Assembly: GCF_000143415.4 (NCBI RefSeq)
Contig: NW_003314269.1
Span: forward strand, 740,851 to 804,850
Direction: 5' to 3'
Origin: Selaginella moellendorffii
Taxonomy: Eukaryota; Plantae; Lycopodiophyta
DNA: 64,000 nt
Both the position numbers and the translations under genes were made by a program. Shown in pieces: positions 1 through 11,411 of this stretch (positions within the stretch are counted from its first letter, which is position 1; each line of letters opens with the position of its first letter). The notes beneath the pieces were generated by a model. It searched no databases and had not been told where the DNA came from. It worked only from the letters and a program-made list of their open reading frames with translations.

Positions 1-252
1 CGGCCGACGGAGAAAGTGGAATTCAGCATGAAGCAGCACATCGTCGACTGGGCGGAGCCGCTCATCCTCGAGGGGAAGCTGGACTGCCTCGTCGATCCAA
101 AGCTCCAGGGGCGATTCGTGCCGGAGGAGCTCAAGAAACTCGTCTTCGCGGCGACGATATGCGCGCAAACGAGCAGCCATAGCCGGCCGAGCATGGCGCG
201 CGTTGTGGAGCTCCTCCAAGGAGTGGAAAAAAACGAAGTGGCTAGCGTCTAA
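1..252 (+). CDS. C-terminal end of a receptor-like cytoplasmic protein kinase (partial, begins upstream of the window)
   Basis: Frame 1 reads ..HIVDWAEPLILEGKLDCLVDPKLQG..AATICAQTSSHSRPSMARVVELL*, typical of RLK/Pelle subdomains X-XI; stop at 250-252. Confidence 0.9.
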   Translation, partial: RPTEKVEFSMKQHIVDWAEPLILEGKLDCLVDPKLQGRFVPEELKKLVFAATICAQTSSHSRPSMARVVELLQGVEKNEVASV

Positions 253-784
253 GCACCAGATTATTCCTTTCTGGCAGAATATGCGCTTGGCGGAATTTGT
301 AAAGTATTTTACCGGAAAATCCCCTTTTTCTGGCAGAATATGCGCTGTGAAATATATATTTTTTCTGTTAAGCTAACGGTCTGTGGTTCGAATCTCCGGA
401 GCGCCATGGAGCGCTGTTCAATCCATCCCCGTGTTCTTGAGGGCTTGAGCGGGGCGGTCGGCGTGACGCGGCAGGCGATGGCGGCGCCGCGCGGCTCCGC
501 GTGAGGATCGGCGTCGGGAGCGTCGGATTACTCGGCCGCGGCCTGGAATCCGCGAGGTATCGTGACGCTGTGTAGATCGGGCATGGGAGCTACGGTGTCG
601 GCGAATGCACATCTTGAGCTGCTGGAGTGGAGATTCTCGGCGAGCATCGATCGCCAGGCGCCAGCGGGCGACTTTCTTGGCGGGCATGCATAGGTTTTCC
701 ATCCAGGCATTGAAATTTCGGGTGGAGATGTGGCAGTTCCCAGGAATCTAGGAGGAATTTCCTGTTTCTCTTGACGGGGAGGGA

Positions 785-2306
785 ATGGGGTCTGTTTGCT
801 GCGTGCCAGCGAGAAAGCAGTCTGGGGGCCAGGAGCGCTGGCCGGCGGATCCCGCGCACTGGCGCTCAAATGGGGATTTGTCGCCGCGCTGGGATGGAAA
901 GTCGTTTCCAGAGGCCACTGGGAATCTCTACAGGTCTTCTCTCTCGTCCAGCAGCAGGGGCAGCCGGCGTGGAAGCTCTCGTATCGTGGGTCACCAACGA
1001 GCATTCTCGGGTGGGATTTTTTCGCCGGATCCCAGCCCATCCAGCAGCTTTCGGGCCTCGCATCTCAATCCTTTGAGCTCCTGTCAAGTGTGCCCCTTGG
1101 TAGATCTGGCTCCTCTTCCACTAGGTGAGTGTCAGTCTTGGGTCAATTTTTTTCTTCATCGTACTGGTAATAATTTTGGAGTCTTGTTGCAGATTCGAGC
1201 TGTAGTCCATGTACGACGATCACATCTTCAAAAGAGGTATGCCGTGCCTGTTTTGATCACTCTTCTCTAATTTGCTTCTCAAAACGTTTGCATGGTTTGC
1301 TTTCCAGGGTACTTTTAACACCCCGGAGTCGCGTTCATCACTGACCTTGATTTCTAAAGACTGTCCAACGCAACCTTCGATTAAGCCGGTCGTGCACAAC
1401 AGCGGCGGCAGTAGCAGCAGCAGCAGCAACAGCAGTTTTGTATCCAAGTTCTCCAAGACACTTCGGGAGAAGCCGCACAAATGCGGGCTGACAAACGTAG
1501 GCAGTAGCAGAGCTAACGAAGGAGCCTTCTCCTCCACAAGAAGATCCGAGAGCGGGGACGTTGAATCGCTCGGCGGGACAACCTCCGACTGGTCGATGGT
1601 CGCTTTCTCGGAGCTAGTCGCATCTTCTCGACGGGACAGGCTGCGGTGGATGAGTGACGGCAGTGGCGAGGACTTGGTTGGATTAGCAGAGCTCGAGCTG
1701 GCCGCACTGGAGAGGATAAAAGCCGCTGGCTATGCGTCGACCAGCGTCGAGGCGTTCGTCTGTGGCCTTTGCTCCCGCTGGCTGTCACAGAGGTCTCCGC
1801 TGAGCTCTCACAAGATGGTGGGAAACTTGGATCCGCCGAGTGTGGGAGTGCTGGCCTGCGGTCACGTCTTTCATGCCGACTGCTTGGAGCAGGCAACGTC
1901 CGAGTCCGAGAGACAGGATCCTCCGTGTCCGCAATGCTTGGGTGGTGGCAATCTATTCCCGAGGAGGCTGCTCAAGAGCTACAGCTTGCGTGGATCGACG
2001 ACGACGACGCCGGTTTGCGCTAAGAACAAGCAGCTTTCCGATGACCCGGAGTCTGGACTGAGGATCTTCTCGTCTGCGTCGCAAGAGAGGGACATGCTGC
2101 CAATCTCCGAAAGAAGTTTGAAGACTTCCTCTCGCAAGTTTTCGCTTCGAGGGATCGGGGGCAGCAGCAAGCAGGCGAGCAGCGCCAGCAGCAGCAGCAG
2201 CAGCAGCACCAGCTACGCGAGTGGCTCCAGAGGCACGAAGTTTAGCTCGGTCTCTCCGGAGGATTCGCCAACGAGTCGGCGGCGGCGAGGATACTTGAAG
2301 TGGTAG
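785..2306 (+). CDS. RING-H2-type zinc-finger protein (RING/U-box superfamily), 3 exons: 785-1124, 1193-1236, 1308-2306
   Basis: N-terminus MGSVCCVPAR (acylation-type); CGLC..VGVLACGHVFHADCLEQAT..DPPCPQC RING motif; GT-AG introns keep the frame (340+44 nt = 128 codons). Confidence 0.85.
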
Positions 2307-2499
2307 CGATAGAACGCAGGAAAATTTTGGTTGGAGACCATGGAGGAGGCTGGAATTGCTTGCTTTGCGGTCGTGATAACATGTCTCATGTCTTTCTTTC
2401 AGTCTAGCTCTTTTTGGGAATTTTACTGAAGTTACAGGGTTTAGGGTTCCTGGTAGAATGCAGCGATGAGGAGGGAGTGAAGAAATTTTGGGCGGAGAG

Positions 2500-4140
2500 A
2501 TGGCGGCCAGCAGCAAGAAGCTGTCCACGCTGCTCGCACCGAGGCTGCATTGCTTGTTTTCTAGGCGCGGCCTCCACTCGGCTCTCAATCTTTGCTCGCA
2601 GAAGGCGGCAAAACTGGAGCCAGGTCGAGAGATTAGCGGATGCGACGCGATTGCTGCGAGGAATTGGCAGATCACGGAAGATGAGAAGGACTGGAAGAGT
2701 CATGCCGCTGCCGTCGCTCGCTCCATGCAGCTTGTCAAGACTAGAATGAAGGTATGCTCCTCTTTCCACGTCTTCTTACATTTTTTCTACGTAGTGGGGA
2801 GATGTTCTATCCAAGCTCAAAGATCTGGAAAAGGAGCTCGAGAAGCCGGACTTGTGGAGCGACACAGCTCGAGCGTCGAGATATAGCCGAGAGTTTGGAT
2901 CATTGTCGTCGCGAGTGAAGGAAATCCGGGAGATGGAGTCCGAGCTGGTGGAGAATGTGGATCTCGTGGAGCTGGCGCGAGAAGAGAAAGACGAGCAAGT
3001 AGAAGCAGTAAGTGTTCCGTGATCTTTCCTGAGAAGTTGTTCTTTGTTTTTCCATTTGAAGCGTGAGTTTGCTTTATTGATATGGCAGTGCAGGAGGCAG
3101 TCTCGGCTCTAGCTACGCTGCGCAAGGCTGCGAAAGACAAAGAGTTACTCGCACTTTTGTGTGAAGAGAACGATGGATGCCCGTGCTTTCTAGAGGTAAA
3201 AGCCATCTACTTGCTTTCTTTGGTCGAGTTTTGATGGTTTTTCCTTTCAGGTGCAAGCAGGAGCTGGCGGAGCTGAAAGTATGGACTTTGCAGCAATGCT
3301 TCTTCGTATGTACAAGCTATGGGCACTGCAGCGTGGCTTCGAAGCTGCCGTGGTCGACGAAATGCCTGGTGACAGGGCGGGGATAAAGGTGTGCATTTCT
3401 CGCAAAACTGTCTTTCTAACTCCATTTTCACTGACGAAATTGTCTGAAGCGTGCAACACTTCGACTCGAAGGTGACTTTGCGTATGGTTTTGCGAAGACG
3501 GAAGCCGGAGTTCACAGGCTCGTCCGGATTTCTCCTTTCGACGAGGCCGGTCGCCGGCATACGTCATTTGCAGCGGTGGCTGTCATTCCAATCCTGGACA
3601 ATGCCGGAGCCGAGATTGAGATAAACGAGGCCGACCTTGTTATTGATCGATTTCGCTCCAGTGGAGCCGGTGGACAACACGTCAATACAACTGACAGTGC
3701 AATCCGTATCGTTCACAAGCCAACCGGAATCACTGTTCAATGCCAAAACGAGCGGTATCTTCATCTTCTCGGAGCTAAACTTCGTTCAATTTTTCTAACT
3801 AGCTACTCTCAGATCACAGCATAAAAACAAAGACAGTGCGATGGAAGTTCTTCGCTCTCGCCTGTACCAGCTGGAATTGAAACGGAAGACTGAAGAAACA
3901 GCGCAGCATACTCAGTCGCTCCATGAGATTTCATGGGGAAATCAGATTCGATCATATGTATTGCAAGTAAGCCAACCGTTTTATCATCCTCTCGTTGTTG
4001 ATACTAGCGTTTTGTTGCAGCCTTATCAAATCGTAAAAGACTTACGAACGGGTTACGAGGTGACGAATCCAACAGCCGTTCTGGACGGAGGCCTTGATCC
4101 TTTTATATTGCAGTATCTATCCAAGATGGGAAGCACTTGA
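2500..4140 (+). CDS. PrfB2: Organellar (probably mitochondrial) peptide chain release factor 2, multi-exon
   Basis: [17 protein letters not shown] (SPF motif), [27 protein letters not shown] (GGQ), [10 protein letters not shown]; transit-peptide-like N-terminus; short GT-AG introns. Confidence 0.92.
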
Positions 4141-4287
4141 AAGATGCAAAGCATCGAGGTACGCCTCAATGATTGACCACTTAGTACAACTGACGAGGAG
4201 AACTTTTTGCAAACTTTGCAGATTACAATCGATGAATTCAATGGAAGAATCATAAGAACAACAGAGAGAGAGAGAGAAAAGAAGAGG

Positions 4288-5478
4288 CTACGGCACAGCA
4301 TCCAGCCGGGGCTCAAACGCCATGCCTTCCAAGTTCGGGCAGTCCGGCACCCACCTCCACGACTTGGTGGAGATGTCAAACAAAACGCCGTCGTGCGAGG
4401 TGTCCCGCGTGAGGAAGACGAGGTTCCTGATGCCCGAGCAGTAGAAACTCTCCGACGGCATGACCAGGAAGTACTCCGCCATCACCTTTGGCATCCGGCC
4501 AACTTCCCGCCACTTCAAGCTCCGCTGGTCCAGGAACCACACGCAGATGGTGAACACCTGGTGGCGGACACACTTCCCGACGATGGCAACCTGGCCGCTG
4601 CACTCCACCAAGTTCCGAAACTGGCAGTATCCCGGCAGCCTCCCGGTCTTGATCTTGATCCAGGTCTCGTGCTGGATGCTAAAGGCGAGCAGCGAGCAAT
4701 TGTACCAGCGCGGGGTGAGGCAGTAGAGCACTCCATTGCACAGCGCGACGTTGCGGGAGATCTCCTCTCCGCGAGGAAGGCAGGCGGAGCGCTTCCAGGA
4801 GTTCGTGGCGGAGCTGTAGACTTCGGTGGTCCAGCGGCCGGCGACGACGAGCTTGTAGGACTTGGTGGCGGCGTCGGCGACCATGGTGACGAGCGTGGGA
4901 CGGTGGTGGAAGAGCATCGGCGGGAGCTCGCGCCAGGCCTTGGTGAGGGGGTTGCAGACGAAGAGCGCGGTGTACTCGTCGTTGTTGTAGCCTTGGAAGT
5001 GATTGGTGAAGCACAGGAGGCCTCGAGCAGTGGCGACGGGGAGGCCGGCGTTTGGGGGGAGGAAGGCGAGCGGGAGCTTGTACCAGCGGCTGGCGGCGGG
5101 GCTGAAGGTGGTGAGGAGCTGCTGGCAGTCGCAGGCGATGATCTTGACGAAGAGGATGGCGGTGGAGGGGACGGTGGCGCACAGGTCGTGGAAGCTCTTG
5201 GAGGTGGCGAGGCGGGACCAGCGGCGGCACAGGGTGGCGAGGCGGAAGAAGGCGTCGATGGGCAGCCAGGCGAGGATCCGGTCGAGGAGGTCGTCCGGGA
5301 GGTGCGACCAGAGGTTGGGATCCATGGTGGTGGTGATCATCTGGTGGTCTTGGTGGTGGTAGCGAAGGTCAATCGCTTGCTGCTGTTGCTGGGAGTGGTA
5401 CAAGGCATTGTTGTAGCTCCTGCGGAAGCCCGCGTAGAACTGGCGCGCTTCGTCCAGGAAAACTTCGCCGGGATTCAT
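4288..5478 (-). CDS. F-box protein with kelch-like/F-box-associated C-terminus (UFO/LCR-related family), intronless
   Basis: MDPNLWSHLPDDLLDRILAWLP..LCRRW F-box; LFVCNPLTKAWRELPPM, TEVYSSATNSW, W-EV-RMP motifs; first ATG at 5478. Confidence 0.9.
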   Translation of the reverse strand: MNPGEVFLDEARQFYAGFRRSYNNALYHSQQQQQAIDLRYHHQDHQMITTTMDPNLWSHLPDDLLDRILAWLPIDAFFRLATLCRRWSRLATSKSFHDLCATVPSTAILFVKIIACDCQQLLTTFSPAASRWYKLPLAFLPPNAGLPVATARGLLCFTNHFQGYNNDEYTALFVCNPLTKAWRELPPMLFHHRPTLVTMVADAATKSYKLVVAGRWTTEVYSSATNSWKRSACLPRGEEISRNVALCNGVLYCLTPRWYNCSLLAFSIQHETWIKIKTGRLPGYCQFRNLVECSGQVAIVGKCVRHQVFTICVWFLDQRSLKWREVGRMPKVMAEYFLVMPSESFYCSGIRNLVFLTRDTSHDGVLFDISTKSWRWVPDCPNLEGMAFEPRLDAVP

Positions 5479-6086
5479 CAAGGCATGGAGTCTCCCCTGC
5501 AGTTCTAGCGATCCTGGGAAGAGCTTGAGCTTGAGGTTGAGAGAAACTTGGGCATAGCAGCTGTGCTCTTGGCTCCTTGGATCGATCGAGATTGCTTTGG
5601 TCGATCGATCCAAACGGAGGAGAAATTCCGGCGAAGGGAAGCAAAGGATATACTAAAACTCCACTCCACTCAGCCTCTTTTCCTTCTTCCCGTCCAACCC
5701 AACAAGAAAAGAGGAAGTTTTCCCTTCTTTTCTCTCCTCTCTTCCCTTGTTTCCAAGCCAAGCGTGGATGTGCTGCGCGCTGGCTTTGCGGCGGCGTGTG
5801 TGCGTCGTGTTTTGGTGTTGGTGGTCGGTGGCCGATCCTCGATCGGTGGAAACAAAAAGAGAGGAAGATCTGGAAGGAGGAAGGAAGATCTGGAAGGAGG
5901 AAGGAATTGGAGGAGAGATCTTTGCAGTGGCGAGGGGCGGGCGGCCTCGAAGAGGTGCCCGCCCCCCCGACTCTGCTCGCAATTGCCGCGCTTCGTTTTC
6001 TAGGGTTCTATCCCCTCTTTTGGTGCTCGATTCCCGCCGAAATTTAAAAAGTACCGCCGCCAAAATTTGAATTTTAAAAAAAGCGC

Positions 6087-6159
6087 TGGAGTTGAGGGGC
6101 ATCGATCCCCTTGCCTATCGCATGCAAAGCGATCGCTCTACCATCTGAGCTACAACCCC
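6087..6159 (-). tRNA. trnA-UGC: tRNA-Ala (anticodon TGC)
   Basis: Reverse complement GGGGTTGTAGCTCAGATGGTAGAGCGATCGCTTTGCATGCGATAGGCAAGGGGATCGATGCCCCTCAACTCCA folds as a 73-nt cloverleaf with a G3:U70 pair; T-run Pol III terminator at 6076-6082. Confidence 0.95.
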
Positions 6160-6202
6160 ACCACGTAGAGGGGTATAATAGCGGGGATATTCTCGTCTCG
6201 CA

Positions 6203-7470
6203 ATGGCTATTGTCTCTTCTCTCCATTCTTGTAATGCCAGGCGCTGCGTGGTTCTATCGGCGCTAGGGCGCGCCAGCGGCAGCGAGGTCAGCGATGCCGC
6301 GGCGCTCGTGCAGCGCGAGCTCCGGAATGGTGATCACCGCAAGGCGCTGGCGCTGGCGGCTGCGCGATTGCGGGCGTTTGGAGCAGCGAGACAGGTAGGT
6401 ATTGGAGGATTTCTTGCTGGAATCCACTCGCAGTGTTGCCGCAGGTCCCGCAGAGGATTTACACGCTGGAGGAGCTGCGGCTGAACGGCATCGACACTGC
6501 CAGATTTCTATCGCCTGTGGATTTCACGCTCGGAACGGTGAGGAGAAATCTCCAGCTCGCAGCTTTGGCGGGAGGGATTGCAGCATGGCAGCTCTTCCAC
6601 CTTGATCAGTTCCAGCTGCTCATCGGTGTTGTTGTTGCTCTTTTTGTTGGAACTTTGGATCAGGTAATCTAGAGTTTTTCTTTCCTCTTTGTTTTTTCAT
6701 TCATCTAGAACAGATTGTCTACAATGGTGGTGTGGAAGCGTTGCTCCTTGACACTCTCGGTCGTGTTGTAAGCGGCAAGTACAAGAATAGAGTAGCTCAG
6801 GTACGCATTTCTTCCAGTTTCTCTCATGTTAATAGTTTCCCTCTGCAGCACGAGGCAGGGCATTTCCTGGTGGCTTACTTGATGGGAATTTTACCCGCGG
6901 ACTACACATTGTCAAGCCTTGATGCCTTCAGAAAGAATGGCTCACTGAATGTCCAAGCCGGGACAAGTTTCGTGGATTTCGAGTTCCAGGAGGAAGTAAG
7001 TTTCAAGTTTCCTGCTTCTAAAGTAGCGAAGCTGATCCTGTTTGCAGGTAAACACTGGAAAGCTATCTTCTGGGGTATGACTTCTGTGGATATCACATTT
7101 CTCATGCGGTTTATGGCAGACTTTAAACAAGTATGCTTGCGTTGCGCTGGCTGGTGTAGCAACAGAGTTCCTTAAGTTCGGACTTGCAGAAGGGGGACTA
7201 TCAGACATCCAGCAGGTGATTGAACGATGAAGCTAAATTCACTGTTTCACAAAAAGTTTCCTGCAGCTGGACGAGCTTCTCAAACGGCTCAACTTCACGC
7301 AACTCAAGGCCGATTCCCAGGTGAGATGGGCCGTTCTCAACACTGTCAGCATCCTCCGGAGGCATCTGGCTCTTCACAGCAAGCTTGCCGAGGCCATGGA
7401 CGCTGGTAAAAGTGTAGGCCAATGCATCGAGCTCATTGAAACTGAGCTCGCGGGATGCACGGACCTCTAA
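6203..7470 (+). CDS. Peptidase M41-like (HEAGH) 'stress-regulated' protein, At5g27290-like, probably plastid-targeted, multi-exon
   Basis: VPQRIYTLEELRLNGID..LSPVD, HEAGHFLVAYLMGILP zinc-binding motif, VQAGTSFVDFEF, LAGVATE, QVRWAVLNT; stop at 7468-7470. Confidence 0.85.
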
Positions 7471-7553
7471 AGCTCCACAATATCAACGTTAAGTGTTAAG
7501 TGTGTCTCGCTTACTCAAGCGCTCTCAGCTTAGCCAGAAACGCTTGAACAAGA

Positions 7554-9815
7554 TCACGTTAGCATGTTGGACACAACCACATACGGTGCTGCTCTGCTAT
7601 CGTCATCAATCCCAGGAACGCTGTTACCTCTGCCAGCGTCTCCATGGAGCTTGCAAGCGCCAACCAGGCTCATCCAAGACGTCGAGTCGGGCTCGAACGG
7701 CATGCTCCGGAAGAGATCCTCGGCCCGGTCCAGCCATCCAGCACGGGCCAGAAGATCAATCAAGCATCCATAGTGCTCGTCATTCGCCGCAACGCTGCCA
7801 TCCTCGACCAAGTTGGAGAAACATGACAGCGCTTCCTCGACCAGACCTCCGTGGCTACAAGCGAAGAGCACCACGAGATAACTGGCACTGTCCGACTCCA
7901 TGCCTTGCAGCTGCATTGCGCGACTGAGCTCGACCGTCTCCACCGACTGTCCTTGCTGAGCAAAGCCCGACATCAGCGCGTTCCACGCGACGGTGTTCTT
8001 GGCGGAGATGTCGTTGAAGCAAGACATTGCTCGGTCCAACATTCCAAACTTCCCGTACATGGCCACCAGAGCGCTCCCGACGGCCGAGTGGTGCTCCAGT
8101 CCCATGGACAAAACTCTCGCGTGGATGGACTTGCCTTTGGCCGCGTCGCCGGTGACAGTACAGGCAGTGACAACGTTGGTGAGCGTTATGACGTTCGCTC
8201 TCACGCCTTCGAGCTCCATGCCATGGAAGACCACCAGGGCCGTGTCGCAGCATCCGTGCTGGGTGTAAAGCCCCATGATGGTGTTCCACGACACCTCGTC
8301 CCTGCGTTCCAAGGAGTGGAAAACGGCGGTGGCGGAGCTGAGACGTCCACAGGAGCCGTAAAACTGCATCAGGCTGTTGCTCACGAAAGGAAGCTCGTCA
8401 AGGCCGCAGCTGCGAATCCTGTGGTGGAGCGACGCACCGCGGGTGAGAGCTCCGAGGCTGCTAGCCGCTCCCAGCACCGCCACGTACGTCACTTCCGTCG
8501 GCTCCACGCCGTGGAGATCCATCAACGTAAACAGCTTCAAGGCCATCCCGGGATCGCCACACTCGGCATAAGCCGCGATCATCGTGTTCCAGGCAATGCA
8601 GTCTCGAGCACCGCCAGCTTCCTCCCGGAAAACTGTTACCGCGTCCTCCAGACTCCGGCACTCGCGGTAAACATTGAGCAGCGAGTCGACCACGGCAGTG
8701 TCCGCATCCACCCTCGCTCGCAGCTGCGCGTGGATCATCCTCGCCTTGTCCAGCTTCCGGAGCACCGAGCACACTCCCAGGATCTCAACGATGGTGACCA
8801 CGTCCGGAGCCACTCCTTCCAGCTCCATCTTCTCGAAGAGCTCGAGAGCCTCCCGGTGGTGCCCGCTCTGGACGTACGCGGAGATCATCGAGTTCCAGAG
8901 CTCGACACTGGATCGCGGAACCCGGCGGTGGAAGAAGACACTCTTCGCACTCTCGAGCATCTGGAAGCGGCCATACATGCTGACGAGCGCGCTGGCGACG
9001 GTGTCGTCCCCGTCGGAGCCACAGCAGATGATACAGGCGTGGATCGCCCGACCATCGGGTTCGCTCGCGCAAGCACCGAGAGCGCTCAGCATCGCCACCT
9101 TGTCCGGCGCAACTCCTTCCAGGTGCATGGCTCGGTAGAGTCCCAGAGCTTCGCGGCCCATCTTAAACTGGGAGTATGCCGCGATCAAGGCGGTGTAGGC
9201 GACAGCGCTCTTGAGCTCCAGGCGCTGGAAGAGCTCTTCCGCCAGCGCGAACTCCCCGGCCTTGGCGTACATGTTGATGAGCGAGACTCTGAGCACCGCG
9301 TCCGACTGGAAGCTGGAGGTGGCGATGGTGGAGTGAAGAGAGCGCCCGATGTGGAGATCCCCCAGGCTGGAGCACGCCCCCACCGCCGTCGCGAATGCGA
9401 CCCGGTCGAGCTCCACGCCGTCGAGGCACATTGCCTGGAAGAGGTGGATGGCTTGCCGCGGGTCCCCGTTCTGGGCAAATGCCGTCATGGCGATGGTCCA
9501 GGTGAAGAGGTTCCTCTCGCGGATGGAGTGGAACGCGGCCTCGGCGTCTCGGAGGCTGCCACACTTGCCATACATGTCCACCAAGAGGTTTCCCAGGTAT
9601 GTCTCTCTGGAGTAGCCGTCCTTGCTCATCTGGTCGTGGATGGTTTTGCCTTGCTCGAGGCTGTCGCATTGTCGCAGGAGAGAGGCGTATCTGTAGCGCT
9701 TGGTGACGAACTCTTGCGGATTTTCATCTTGGTCCTGTGGTGGCGCTTGAGATGCCTTGCGCCGAGTGCCTCGCAGCGGCGTCGGCTTTTGTCCGTGCCT
9801 CTTCCAGATGCCCAT
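7554..9815 (-). CDS. PLS-class pentatricopeptide repeat protein with partial E domain (RNA-editing-factor type), intronless
   Basis: 753-aa ORF with tandem P/L/S repeats (LVDMYGKCGSL, WNTMIAAYAE, ACSHGGLVEE, HYGCLIDLLARAGWL, MPFEPD..W); no DYW domain. Confidence 0.93.
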   Translation of the reverse strand: MGIWKRHGQKPTPLRGTRRKASQAPPQDQDENPQEFVTKRYRYASLLRQCDSLEQGKTIHDQMSKDGYSRETYLGNLLVDMYGKCGSLRDAEAAFHSIRERNLFTWTIAMTAFAQNGDPRQAIHLFQAMCLDGVELDRVAFATAVGACSSLGDLHIGRSLHSTIATSSFQSDAVLRVSLINMYAKAGEFALAEELFQRLELKSAVAYTALIAAYSQFKMGREALGLYRAMHLEGVAPDKVAMLSALGACASEPDGRAIHACIICCGSDGDDTVASALVSMYGRFQMLESAKSVFFHRRVPRSSVELWNSMISAYVQSGHHREALELFEKMELEGVAPDVVTIVEILGVCSVLRKLDKARMIHAQLRARVDADTAVVDSLLNVYRECRSLEDAVTVFREEAGGARDCIAWNTMIAAYAECGDPGMALKLFTLMDLHGVEPTEVTYVAVLGAASSLGALTRGASLHHRIRSCGLDELPFVSNSLMQFYGSCGRLSSATAVFHSLERRDEVSWNTIMGLYTQHGCCDTALVVFHGMELEGVRANVITLTNVVTACTVTGDAAKGKSIHARVLSMGLEHHSAVGSALVAMYGKFGMLDRAMSCFNDISAKNTVAWNALMSGFAQQGQSVETVELSRAMQLQGMESDSASYLVVLFACSHGGLVEEALSCFSNLVEDGSVAANDEHYGCLIDLLARAGWLDRAEDLFRSMPFEPDSTSWMSLVGACKLHGDAGRGNSVPGIDDDSRAAPYVVVSNMLT

Positions 9816-9872
9816 TGCCGCGGCCTCATGCTAGAAGTTCTCTGGATACTTAATAGAAAATGCAAGAACAGT

Positions 9873-11314
9873 TTAATCTGGAAAGATACCTCCTAGTGTC
9901 ATGTCAAAGTGTTTCCATCCAGCACCCCAGTGCGAGAAATCCACGTCTTGTTCATTCTCATTGCTGAGTTCGTACGTCACCACGGGAACTGTCTTGCGAA
10001 GCATCGAGCTTTCGCCTTCCTCCCATAAGCTCCCTGATGTAAGTGCCAGTGCCAGCGGCTCGTCCTCCTCGGATGTCAACCTGATAAAACATCCGTCCGC
10101 AAAGTTGATTCTTCACGAAAACAATGGCTTACCCTTCAACGAAGTACGCATTCGGCTCCTCCCTTAAGCTTGGGAGCTGAGTGGTCTGTGACATTTCCTC
10201 TCGGCCTACTGGAAGATATCCAGGGCCACGCCTTTGACGAGCAGGACTTCTCATCGTATCCCAGGGAAAGTCTTCATAGCCTTCGCGCAGCCTCTTCTGG
10301 GTCGGCATTTCGTCATCTTCAAGAATGTCGAGAATGGAAATGCCTGCGTGATCAAATGAAATAAACACCAGAACAGGATCAAGTTCCTCTTACATCGTTC
10401 TTGCGGGAGTGCTAGTTTCCCCTCTCTCGGCTCGTTGCGACAAGCAGTAGCGCTGCTTTGCGTTCCGTCGATATTCTCACCGTAGTTTCTGGTAGCAGGA
10501 GAAGCAGCCGCGGAAATTGGTTCCTTGGACCTTTTCGCAGCAGCAGCAGTAGCAGCGGTGCTGATTTGTTCCTCGTATCGTTTCCCAGCATCCTTGGGAG
10601 AGGGAGAAGCGATACCAGAAAATTTGGTTTGTTCCTTGGAGTCATTCCAAGCAGCAGCATTGGGAGCTGGATCGATTCGTTTCTCCGATTCATTCGCAGC
10701 AGTCTTTGGACGTGAAGGCTGGTAACTCATCACCGCAGAAGGATGATCCGGAGAAGGAGTCCTCGCTTCTAGGATGATCTCTTTCCTCCTGTGTTAAAGC
10801 AACGAAAAGACGAGTATAAGCTGAGCGAAAAACTTACTCGATTGCTCTCTCTAACTCACCCAAAGGGATTTTCATCGTCCACGCTTTCGACTGGAGCAGC
10901 AGAGCACAGCTTCACCTCTTTACTCCTTGTGTTAAAGCAACGTAAAAACGAGTATAAGCAGAGCGAAAAACTTACTCCATTGACTCACCCAAAGGGATTT
11001 TCATCGTCCAAGCTTTCGACTGGAGCAGCCGAGCACAGCTTCTCAAGCCCCAGCAAATCAAGAGATCGAGATCTTCCCACAGCATGCTGTCCCGGATCCC
11101 TCTCCAGGCGCCTGCGCTGCTCGAAAAATCTCTTCTGCCTACGCAGCAGCCGTGTTCCATCGATCGAAATATCAGAAACTACAACCAATACCTAGCCTCG
11201 ACAGAGTTCCTGGTCTTCTCGCGCACCAAGAAATGCGATCAAACGAAAGAATCGCGAGAACATCAGCCCTACCTGCTTGATCTTCTTCCGGGATCCTCCC
11301 ATCCATTGCAGCAT
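9873..11314 (-). CDS. HEIP1: HEIP1/REDIC1 (C12orf40)-like meiotic class-I crossover factor, multi-exon; 3' exon structure less certain
   Basis: Spliced N-terminus reads MLQWMGGSRKKIKQ..RNSVEARQKRFFEQRRR..RSLDLLGL, the conserved HEIP1 N-terminal signature; the rest is low complexity; likely stop at 9873. Confidence 0.8.
10779..11043. repeat. Tandem duplication (~130 bp x2) of an intron+exon unit inside HEIP1
   Basis: 10779-10913 and 10916-11043 are near-identical (tgtgttaaagcaacg..actcacccaaagggattttcatcgtcca..gagcacagcttc). Confidence 0.92.
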
Positions 11315-11411
11315 CGTCGAACAGGCTAGGGTTTATCCTCTTCCCGCCCAAAGTAATTACCCCTGACAGGGCTCGAACGCGGGATCTACCTCCTAGGGTT
11401 TGCGAGCAAAA

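Noticed and set aside
264-346. ~22-bp direct repeat (tttctggcagaatatgcgct) in the kinase 3' region
   Set aside because: Simple local duplication with no evidence of function.
2500-2900. Bacterial-style programmed +1 frameshift in RF2
   Set aside because: Frame changes are explained by GT-AG introns; no CTT-TGA shift site seen.
4488-4507. miR394-like target site at WREVGRMP in the F-box gene
   Set aside because: About 5 differences from miR394; the similarity is explained by amino-acid conservation of W-EV-RMP.
4207-5508. 433-aa + strand ORF
   Set aside because: Antisense shadow of the GC3-rich F-box gene; no domain motifs.
7851-9896. 681-aa + strand ORF
   Set aside because: Antisense shadow of the GC-rich PPR gene.
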